From Phallusia mammillata (taxonomy: Eukaryota): a DNA stretch of 64,000 bases. The stretch is taken from contig OZ281494.1 in assembly GCA_965637545.1 (NCBI GenBank), positions 5,704,001 through 5,768,000 of the forward strand. The letters are read 5' to 3'. The notes beneath the pieces are model-generated. The model ran no database searches. It was given only the letters and a program-made list of their open reading frames with translations, and was not told the DNA's origin. Shown here piece after piece: positions 24,101 through 35,249 of this stretch (its first letter is position 1; each line of letters opens with the position of its first letter). A program made the translations under genes and the position numbers.

Positions 24101-25820
24101 AACATGTCTTTCAAAATTTGTAATTTTAACGTACTAACATTTCTTCACTTTAACATTGCGTCTGAAAGTGCGATAATAAATTGAAACAGTAATGAGCAAA
24201 AACGAAAAATCAATACGTATTAAACTACACTCGAGCTTTGACACTTTGCAGGGTCAGAAATCCCGATGTGGGAAGCTTTGTTATTTGGGGTACAAATCTT
24301 TTGAGCTTTGTTTTTGTTGTGCCACAAAAAATCTAAGATTAACCAAGTCCATTTGCATTAATCTGTCACCATATGCAGGTTTTCGCGATCGTATCAGCAT
24401 TCCAGTAGAGAAAACCTGCGACCTCGTGTCCGACTGTGTAAACTCGACTGATGAAGTGAACTGCTCGACCACCTCACACTTCTACTGCGGCAACAAAAAA
24501 CCTCTGTTTGTTCCAACGACCAAAGTCCTCGACGGTGTTTCTGACTGCAGCGATTCCTCGGACGAATGTCCTCCAAACTACTTGCAAAACGACGCACTTG
24601 CATCCAACGAGCAAATGATCAAAGTCCGCGCCCTGGAGATCCTCGTCTGGTTCATGGCTGTCTTCGCGTTGTTTGGCAACCTGGCAGTCATGATGAAGAC
24701 GGCACTTTACTTTCATCGGTTGACTAGCGATAAAACACGTGTCAAGTTGGGATTAATAAATCGTGTATTGATATTTAATCTTGCGGTGTCGGATTTGCTG
24801 ATGGGGATTGTTCTGCTCGTGATCGGGATTAAAGCGGTTGAGTTTTCAGGCATCTACTGTCTGTTTGATAAAGCATGGAGATCAAGCGACTTGTGCAACG
24901 CCGTTGGTGTTTTGACTGTAGTTTCGAGTGAAACATCGGTCCTTACCCTGGTTTGTATTACTTCATATCGACTCTACAGCGTCTTCAACCCCTTTAACTC
25001 CCGGAGCGTCAGAGCACGAATCGTTATGATGTGGATCTGCATCATCTGGCTCATTTCCTTTTTCACCGATTTGCTTCCACTCTCCCGCTTCCTCTCATCC
25101 GATATGATCACAAGCGCTCAAATCACACCAAGTCCTTATTTTCACACTGACAAAGTTTCACTCGCTGAAGTCAGGCAGTTCGCGTTACGCATCGGTGCCC
25201 TCGAAAACAAATCTCAACCACAAGTGACGTCATATGACTGGGTTGACCTTGCCGAGTATTTAAGGTCAAGTCACAGCTATATGGCGCCCATGTGGGACAA
25301 TTATTTCGGTTATTACAGCAGCAGTAGCGTTTGCATTCCTCGCCTGTTTCGCATCAGCAAAGAGGACACAAGCGTCAACATGATGTCATCAATCGTGATT
25401 ACGTTTAACTTCGTCGCACTTTTGTACATCGCCACCGCGTATGTGATGATTTATATGAAATCCCGCGAAAGAGGGTTGGTGAAAGCGAAGAACCATCAGA
25501 TCAAGAGCATGCAGAAGAAGATCGCGGTTCTCATAGCAACCGACTTCTGTTGTTGGTTGCCGATTTGCATCATGACTTTCATGAGCATGTCAGATCACAT
25601 TTTGACCCCAGACTCCTACGCAGTTTCAGCGATCGTCCTTCTTCCCATCAACAGCTCACTTAACCCGATAATCTACACCAACCTCCCACAAACCATCTAC
25701 TCAAATGTAAAGAAATTAATAGATCGTGTCAGTTTGGCTAGAAGGATGAACTCTAATTTAGTTGCTTTTAGCGAAGGGCAACCACGCACTACGGGAAATT
25801 CAAAAAGCTCGGAGGTCTGA
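21112..25820 (+). CDS. LDLa-repeat rhodopsin-class GPCR (GRL101/RXFP-related 7TM) lacking leucine-rich repeats
   Basis: Seven phase-compatible exons: 21112-21163 (signal MAKVGILLYLCCIFIKQ), 21291-21434, 21677-21808, 21961-23251, 23438-23540, 23749-23941, 24379-25820. About 14-16 LDLa-like modules (C..F.C....CI...DG..DC.DGSDE). 7TM with FGN, NLAVSDLLMG, TDFCCWLP and NSSLNPIIY. Confidence 0.92.
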
Positions 25821-26593
25821 TTTAGACAGCACGATGAACACAAAACATCACGCAGAACGTCCTCTCATCCAACTGTATGTCGATGATAGTTAAATAAACT
25901 TCTAAAATTAGTCAGCATGCAAAAAAATCCTTTCTTCTTCTCCTGTTGTGTAGTTAATTTAAAACAATGTCACCAAGTTGTCGTTTTCAAACATCAAACA
26001 TAATACCATGTTCGCAATATTTTGAATGGCCGCTTGTTAATAAATGTGTGTGTGGAGTGTTCTTACAAGATGGGTTGATTTGAAACTTAAATTAATCTGA
26101 GTGTACGGTATTATTTCAAACACAGCTTAAAAAATACTAATAGATGAATGTTAAATCTTTAGTACAGAAGAAAAGTAGAGCTAATAGGAAAATCTTAAGA
26201 TTAAGGTAGCACGTGACACAGATGCTGTTTTGCAAAAACTGATTACAGATTAACTTGATACATCACAAAATTACAACACAAGGAAGAGCATGGCAAATGA
26301 TTTTAAACGCGAAAACTTTTTAAAAAAAAACTAAAGTACACACTGGGTTGTTTTAACATTCACAGTCACAGCATGCGGAATTAGCCAGCCAAACTAAAAG
26401 AGTTTCAAAATTGATATAAAACTTTGCATGGATATCGCATCAGCCAATAAATACTAACTTCATAATAGGTAACAGCAGATTGTACATTCATGGCAAACGT
26501 AAGTATAACGGTAAATGTTCTGTCAAATATTTTTTTTGTCACCAGTAGCGAGGAATTAAACGTGAACAAAAAGTCATTAACTGTGATATTAGG

Positions 26594-26879
26594 TTTAACT
26601 TCGTCGCACTTTTGCACATCACCATCGCGTAAGTCATGATTTACATAAAATCCCGCGATAGAGGGTTGGTGAACGCGAAAAACCATCAGATCAAAAGAAT
26701 GCAGAAGAAAATCACAGTTCTCATAGCAACCGACTTCTATTGTTGGTTGCCGATTTGCATCATGACTTTTATGAGCATTCCAGGTCACATTTTGACCTCA
26801 GACTCTTACGCAGTTTCAGCGATCGTCCTCCTTCCCATCAACAGCTCACTTAACCTAATCTTACACAGGCCATCTACAC
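26594..26879 (+). pseudogene. Duplicated TM5-TM7 fragment of the LDLa-GPCR
   Basis: Aligns to 25404-~25690. TAT changed to TAA at 26630-26632, NPxxY disrupted, and interrupted by a MITE. Confidence 0.9.
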
Positions 26880-27201
26880 CATGGGTTCTTAACAAGGGTA
26901 TGTGTACCCCTTGGGGGTACGAAGTATCAAAGTCGCGGGTACGACATGCAGGCTGAAATTATATGCTATTTAGGCATATTTGTAAAGAATGCGTAACAAG
27001 TTGCTTTGTTATATGTCTAGAGCAGGTTAGTTTTGTCTTACTTAAAAATATTGTTTTCATGCATGCATTCAACACCCAAGTTATATTACACTTACTTTAA
27101 TTCCTTTCATTACAAATTTATTTACTTCCGTCGGCTATTGTAGACAGGGTACCAGAAAATTTTATAAAATTTACGAGTGCAAAAAAGGTTAAGAAACACT
27201 G
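26880..27201. mobile_element. hAT (Charlie-like) MITE, 322 bp
   Basis: Imperfect TIRs CATGGGTTCTTAAC and GTTAAGAAACACTG. 8-bp TSD ATCTACAC at 26872-26879 and 27202-27209. Confidence 0.88.
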
Positions 27202-28698
27202 ATCTACACGAATATACGAATAAATAAAGTTGGCTACTTTAAGTTACGCGTCTCGCAGTTATACCCGGCTCCTTACTTCATACGGTTATTTAATACACAA
27301 AAACCTCAAAAATTTGATCCAGTTTTGCCAGGGTGCCGCAATCTATTTATCTCTATGATAGGGTGCCACAAGGTCAAAAAGGTAGGGAATCACTTATCTT
27401 CACCAACATCCCACAGACCATCCACTAAAAGAGAAAAAAATTGAAGCATCGTGTCAGTTTGCCCACAAGTAGAATAGCGAAGAGCAACCATGTGCTACAG
27501 GGAATCTAAAAAGTTCAAAAGTCTTATTTTAACAGCCCTTCCCCTCTACTGGTTTACGACAGAAAATATTTACAAACATGTGTAGAGAATTGAAATGTCA
27601 ATTTCCAACGTTGGGTACATCTGACTTACATTTGTGTTCATTTTCCATTCATGTACATTTGTAAATGCCGCTTGTAACGAGCCCACAAAAATATGACCAG
27701 TCGAAACCGCTATTGAACAGGTTTAAGTTTGTGGGTTGTGTGATTGTACCACTAGGTCCAATTATAATGAGTGCATCGATTATAATATTTGTATGAGTAA
27801 ATGGAACAGCCTAAAAGTTTTAAGTAGTTAAAGGCTACAGATGATGTGAGAATTGTTGAAAATAACTATGTGTACAAATTGAGAAATTCTATGTACTTAT
27901 AAACATGCGGTGTTTTATGCTTCCATAAATACAATGAAAAAAACATCACCAGTATTAATACAAAAAAATACGCTGCAATCTTAAAGGTATAGTCACTTCG
28001 TGTAGTCCACAGCAAGGGACCAGAAGTATAAGCAATTAAATATAAAAAAACGCCGCCCTAAGCTGGAGTAGCAAACACAACCTGCGTATGGACAATACAA
28101 AACTTGTGATCTTAGGACCATAGCACATATTTATTTGTCGAACACGATTTTAAGTTTTAGAAGCGTGAGTTCGTCATAACATGTAAAACGTATGTTGCTT
28201 TTGAAGCTGTTGTTTTTTGATTAGGAACGCGAATTTAATGCTCTACAAATCCACCTTGTCATTTCGCATCTCAGTAGTCTTTGGTACTCTATGGAATCAA
28301 AACGACGTAAATAATCGTCAACTGTCATGAACCTTTGCTACATCTTATCGTGCACTGCATCCTGTCATAAAGCAAGAAATACTGAGCTTGTTCCGTTCAA
28401 ATTAAACTGGTTATGTGTGTTAATAGATTGAGCTGTATATAGAATGATATATAGCTGTGCCTGTCACCCGGCAAAGAATTATTCCTTGTTGTTTGTGCGA
28501 GTGTTAGTTTTAAATGTTGTCTCTGATTGATTGTATATTTAGTTGGGTTTAGTGTTTGTTTGTAGTTTTTTGTTACGCTTCAGTAAATGTTGTGACGATT
28601 GATGATGTATCAATACGAACATTCTTTGCATATAAACAAAACAGCTAGTATTTCTAAATAGTGTGCTCAAATTAAAATCAATTGTGATTGTAACAAGG

Positions 28699-31600
28699 AT
28701 GGATCGACGACTTTTGATTTGCTGTGTTATTCTGTGTCTCTCCACTATCGAAGGCTGTTCTGGTGCTTGTTGCAACACAGTTTTGTTGTTTGCTGGATTA
28801 TAAAACTATATAAACTATAGACTATACAAGCTACCCTTAATTTAGCTTGAATCTGCTTTGACAATCATTGAATAACTGAAGATAAAATAATACTTTGGTT
28901 TTTGACACGTCAGCGTAATAAAATAACTCCGATCTTTGCAATATCAAAAGCTATTTTGTTCCAAGGAAGTTATGGAATTCACTAACATTTCTACTTAAAC
29001 GTATGTGCAGGGACTCAGACATGCTTATCTGGTTCCCCGTCGTCAGTGGACGCATCGATTCAATCACCCCGATCCTGTGATGATAATACTTTGAAACTTA
29101 TTGATGGAAGTAAGTTATGTGTATCCGAAAATTGCGTGGCGTACCTAGATCAAATTTATTCATCCGACGTCCTCTGTAACCCTATTGTTATGGGACAGAA
29201 AATAATAAATTAAATCAACAAAGTACTATTACTATATTATTATTTAAAAGTCAAAAAAGGCTATTTGTTGTTGATACTCGACCATAAAAAATCGTGACAT
29301 TAACACGGTTGTACACTGAAAACAAATTAAGCTTAAGGTAACACAAATAAAATTTGCTATAAATGCTTTGGTAACTGTTGTTCGGAATCATTCACCATTC
29401 TTGTTCGGAATCATTCACCTTTCTTAATAAATAAACATAGAACATTAAGTTAATTTTATTTTACTAATTGCACCCAATATTCTTAAAAGTCGACAATCTG
29501 CTACAAACAAGGATGGCAGTACGGTACGGTACGTATTGCGTTGACCGTACCACGTACCTCGTTACGTAGAGCGTACCGTACCACCGTACCGTACCAAATG
29601 TCAAAAATCAAAGCGTACCGTACCACCGTACCGTACTCAAGGTACGGTACGAAAATTTGCGTACCGTACCTTCAAATAAACCAATCGGGATTAAGTTGGA
29701 TACATTTTATGTCAATATAACATGCACTTAAAGGAGAGTTGTCTAAACTCTATACAAGCTGTCCCATTACAACCAGCTTATTCGAAATGAAAGGTTGATC
29801 CGTTTTCTACGATGGGCTCGTGCAGTGACAGTGTGTAATTTTCAACAGCATATTTCTTTAAATCATTGGTGCGGAAGAGACTACAACACTAGCTAGCTTT
29901 TTCAACTAACTGAAGAATCAATTACAAATGCCGAGTTAATCTCTGTTCTTGTCATGTGCGCGTTTTAATAATACGGCTGTACGTGTAACCACAGGCGCCG
30001 AGTTTTGTAAAAATGCAAGGTGGCGGACGTAAATTGTGACGTCACTTTTTGTAACGTCACTAATGCGTACAAGCACACGAACCCACTTTAAAGCCCAAGA
30101 AACTTTCAATAGAATGTAACATTCGTTAAATTCTTGAAAAAACATTTCTTTAAAAAAATATTTAGTTGAAACAATTTGCTATAACGTTTTATTCGTTTAA
30201 CAACGTTTAGAAAATGTTTCATCAAATTGTTGCTCCTGTATCACCTTAAGTCTAAACCAACCATTCATTACAGTACAATCGCATTGTACATAATAGTGGC
30301 CATACATTCACTGTCAACAATTTGTTTGACGTCATAAACAAAGCTCTAACCAAAACACGTTGTAGTTAACATCCGTTTTGTTGCTTTTTTGTCAGCATGC
30401 TTGTTTAGTTTCCAAATTTCTCCAGATTTTACGATGTTTCGTACTATACCGCTACAAACAAATCAAAATTTTCGCAGTGGCCGCCACCGTACTTCACAAA
30501 CTCACCCCACCACCGCCCACTCGGCAGTCGTCGCCTATGCGTGTAACCCTCCTTCTGCATAGTAAGCACACATTATTAAGCAGTGACGTTCTAAACTTTT
30601 TTGAGCCCTATTTTGATACAGGGAACTGTGATGAAATCATGTTTCAAACAACTTAAATTCAAGTTTCAGACAAATTTGATATTATCTGCAAATGGTAACG
30701 ATTCAAAAATGACCGTTTAATCAACGTTTAATATGCGTACCAGTACGGTGGTACGGTACGCTTTTACGCTCTAGTGATCGACCGTACCACGTACCGTACC
30801 CGTACCTCAGCTTTCTTTGCGTACCGTACCTACGTACCGTACTTTTTGATGAAATTTGCTGCGTACCGTACCGTACCGTACCATCGTACCGTACCGTACC
30901 GTACTGCCATCCTTGGCTACAAAGAGTGGTTTTGTAATCATTCATTATAATTAAATTTGCTTTTCAGATCAGAAAAGTTCAGCAATAACGGTTGGAGGTA
31001 AAATAATATTTAAAAATTCTGAACGTGGCTTTTTGAGTTTTTAATATTTAATCTATAATTGACCAAATGTTGGTTATGTTAAATTTTCGTAAATAACCGC
31101 TGTTTCAAATAAGATTGTATTTTGAATTTTATTATTTACCTATGTATAAATATTTAATTTAATGATTTCGGATTGCAGTAAAGAACGGCGAATGCTGCTA
31201 CACATATTCTAAAGGAGCTTGCCACGAAGCAGGAGTCTATCGTTTGGGTAAGCGTGCAAAAAGAATATTGTATTTTTTCGTTTGATTGTAACAGCAAAAT
31301 ATTGTGGCATGATAATATACCTTTAATTTAACCATACAAAAAATAGCCTAAACCTAACATTATAGTTAATTATGAAATAAATTATATGCGGATGTTGTAG
31401 CACGGTGTAGCACCACAGGTGCAAATAGTTTACAAACCTCATGTGTCTCATGTGTCGTGTTTTTAGCGTATTTCGGGGGAAGCGATTGCAAAATCAAAAA
31501 CATTGGAGAGTGGAACCAAGTAAACCATAACCTCTACCGCATCTTTAAAGTCGATGCCATACTTAAGAACGGAGATAGTAAGTTGGCTTGTTACTGTTTA

Positions 31601-34600
31601 TGCAACATTTTTTTCTTATTTAGCAGCCGAACAATTTGTCAAGTCAAAACATTCAAGTTCATGTTCTTTAATTAAAAACAAAGTAACCCTCACCCAAGTC
31701 AAAGATATAAATAGTAATGGTAAAGCAGTATGAAAAATTGTGTTAGTTACATGGTTAAAAACTAATGAATTTTTTAAGTAATGAATTTTTAATAAAACTC
31801 ATACTTTTTTAACGTAATTCAATAATATTATTATTTTTGGTTACAGCTGCAATAGAATTTACTGTGAAGCCGTGCATTGTATCAGGTATGTAGCAATGAG
31901 TGAAACGGCCATTGTTAATAAGCCATGTAACATAAATGATAAGCCAAGCTTATAAAAAACTTTCTCATTAGCATGTGCAAAAAAGTTTATTGTGATTATG
32001 AATATGATTTGAGACCCTTATTAGTAAAAAGCATCAAAAAAGCATTTTAAGGTATAGATAGGCTTTTCAATTAAAAAAAGTCTTTTATTTTTTTCATTTT
32101 GAAAAATGATGTAACTTAAGAGTTGCTTTGACAAAAACTTAAAAACACTATCGTAGATTGTGTGACTTATAAATAATCTTTTCAGCAACATGTTCCGAAG
32201 AAGCTTCGATCACGGCCATAACTTCACCCCCCACAGTATCCATGTCTCATCCTTCCCAAACCCAGTATTTTAACAACAGCGTCAACGCAACTGTCCCACC
32301 TGGGTATAACTGTACCCCAATTATATCTTCAACCACCCCAGCCGTCAATCCAAGCACCCCCACAATGAACCTATCTTCAAGAACCGTGATCTCAACCACC
32401 CTTAACGTTAATTTGAGTACCCCCACAATAGACGCAACTACTAAAATCCAAATTACCCAAGCCGTTAGTCCGGCGGAGTCATCTACTCAATCCGTCTTTC
32501 CAATTAACACCACCGCAACTGAAGTTAGTGCAAACGAGAAAAAACAAACCACGCAGCAGGAAGGTAAAATTTGTAGTGCTATGTTTAGGACAGGTTGCTC
32601 TACAGTTTGTCGAAACAGAAGTGAAAAGTATGTGAAATTGTTTTTCAGAACTTCAAGCCACGATAAACGAGGTTCTGGGTGGATTCGTCCTGCCCAATGT
32701 AACACAAACCAATGCAGAGTTGCTAGCAAACTTGAAACAGTTTGACGAGTTTATATTGAACTTGACCATCAACAACGTTGGCAACACAACAACCAAGTTA
32801 TCGGTCCCTGGCATCGCTGAAATGGAATTCGGACAAATCCCTGACGTCAATCACATTTTTACCACCAATCTTGATGGATCAACTCAGCTACTGGAATTCA
32901 GTAGCATCGGGGGTCGTGGGAAGAGATCTCCTACTATCATTGTGTTTGTTTTCACGCAGTTTATATTCGAGCTTAGCAAGCTGCGACCGTTCTACGTTTT
33001 TCGCGACACAACCAGCTCCTTCTGGCAGATTGCAAACCACACATCGATTCATCCAAGCACCACCACCCCTTATCTGGGTATTCAAGCGTACAAGTTACTT
33101 GATGGATCCCAAATCGACGTCAATGTAAAATTCAGTGTAAACGTGACAGGTAAGTCCAACAGTTTTCATTATAAACCAAAGCAGAGGTCGTTAATTAGCT
33201 TCGCAGCATAGTAAGCTGCTGTGGTCGTTAACGGCATTTGGAGTCATGTTACAAAATATCAGGACGCCTAGAGCGGAAATATTTGTCACAACTAGTCAGT
33301 GTTAGCTGTCTGCTATGTAAGAGACTCTTCTGATTATAATACCGACTTGACGTTTATCCACATACACAATTTAACGAACACACATTATAATCCAACCTTA
33401 CTGTTCTATAATATCGCTAATGAGCAAATTAAAATTAATTGTTGTAACATTGCTGCATAAAGACGATTTTTGTAACATCCAACAATCCTAAGAAATGCCG
33501 GCCCATGTCGAGTCATAAAGCTTGTTTGGCAAAACAAATACAAAACCGCCGATAATGTAGTATATTGTGTCAATAAAATGTAACTTGGTTTGCAGTTGAC
33601 TCGACGTTGGAGAAAGAAGCACCACGAAAGTTGTTCGACGTTTACAGATCGTGGTACAAGATATCGTCGTTTCAGTTTATCTGCTTACGTCTGGATTATA
33701 ATGCCAGTCGTTTCACACGCGATGGTTGCATGGGGCAGTCAGTTTACGGAATGGTGACGTGTTCGTGTGATCAACCTGATTTCTTCACTGTGGCTCCACA
33801 AATCGTCGCACAAGTCAGACCCGATGGAATCAGTGTAAGTCGAAGAGTTCAAATACACTTAAATTATTTTGTGCTTTTTATCCCTAGTTTTTTGGTCAAT
33901 CTGCCTCAAAAAACAACCCAGAAATTGTGTTTGTAGTTAAAAACAACAACAACAACATGCATTTTTTTAGGTAATTTTCTTCGGTGGATTGGTAGTGGGG
34001 CTTGTCGTTCTCTTTCTCACGTGGATGGCACTTCTCAAGTTCAGTGTACAGGTGGAGTGTGACCGAATCGCAGTGCAAATAAGCCTTGTCTGTGCCCTCT
34101 TTCTTTTGCACATTGTTCTCTTGTTCGAAGGACTGTCAATAAATGGAAAAACACAGTGTGAAGTGGTCGCATTTTTCTGCCATTACTTTATGATGACCAC
34201 CGGTAAGTTTAAAAATATCAACTATTTATTGCCCGACTAACATAACTTGCATATCCGGTAAACATAACTTGCATATCCGGTATAGTCAAACATGCACAAT
34301 TTTATCAAATTACTTGGCATTTGGGACTGTAATATTTTTTGTGTCAGGCCTTCTGGTTCTGGCCGATGGAGCGACGATCCTCGCCAACTTGAATCCTCGA
34401 TCTCTTCGATTCAAACGTCAAAACCCGGGTCGCCTCCTTCAAATTCAGCTCGCTATATGTTTGGGAATTCCCCTTATCATAGCTGGCGTCACAATTGCCG
34501 TCGCGCTTCCACAAGCCGGTTACATCTCGATGAGCGAGTACGGATACGAGCGTTGCTGGATCAATCACGATTCCATTGCCCTTGTTGCCGGGGTAACCGT

Positions 34601-35249
34601 TCCCATAGCAATTATCTTTATTGCTTGTTTCTTGCTGGCAATTCTGATCGGCGCCTTTGCTTCCCGAGCAAAGCCAAACTCCCCGGACGCAGCTCACCAG
34701 GCAACCAGCTATGACGCCATGACAGTTTATGACGTAGATAATGATCACGTGTTCCGAATATTGGTGGAATACGTGATGACGTGCTTTGCTTTGCTGGTGC
34801 CGTGGATCAAGTACTTTATACCAGGTTGGTGCTTTACAAACTTAGCTTTTGCTTGGTTTATCTGCTGTAATGCAGCATTTAATGAGTAAAACATCGTTTA
34901 TTTTATTTCCCAATATTACTTTATTACTGCAGTTACGTTTAGGACATAATAAATTGTTCTTTTTCACTTCACTTGGGTGCTCCAAAATATTAAGTGTTTA
35001 CACATTTTTATTTTATTTTTAGGAATTCACAACATTGAAGTCACCCTAGCTGATATCTACGTCACTATGACGTTAATCGGCTTACAAGGAGTTTTTGTCT
35101 TCATTATCTACGTCATCGTGAGTCCAGATGTAAGACGCACGTTCTGCGGAAAAGGCACAAATTATCCTGAGCGGTACAAGCTTTACTGGTACGGACCAGA
35201 GAGAGATCCAGATCCAATTCCTCTTGAAACTTTTGAGGAAAACATTTAA
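28699..35249 (+). CDS. Adhesion (class B2)-like GPCR, copy B, apparently intact: signal - Cys-rich domain - mucin stalk - GAIN-like - 7TM
   Basis: Exons: 28699-~28762 (MDRRLLICCVILCLSTIEG; donor uncertain), 29011-29109, 30968-30997, 31179-31247, 31467-31577, 31847-31885, 32186-32563, 32649-33149, 33596-33834, 33971-34202, 34348-34824, 35023-35249. All are phase-compatible and open from exon 2 to the stop. Confidence 0.85.
29508..30915. mobile_element. hAT-type non-autonomous element (1408 bp) in an intron of GPCR B
   Basis: TIR CAAGGATGGCAGTACGGTACGGTACG at both ends. 8-bp TSD GCTACAAA at 29500-29507 and 30916-30923. Subterminal GTACG/CGTAC arrays. Confidence 0.93.

Noticed and set aside
29508-29670. 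GTACG arrays, and the 26-bp repeats at 52725, as CRISPR-like arrays
   Set aside because: No unique spacers and a eukaryotic context. The first is a subterminal transposon repeat and the second is a minisatellite.
31190-31225. CCYTY resembles a CC-chemokine motif
   Set aside because: The spacing to the next Cys is 7 aa rather than the ~22-24 aa of chemokines.
34239-34282. 22-bp tandem duplication in an intron of GPCR B
   Set aside because: Simple slippage, away from the splice sites.
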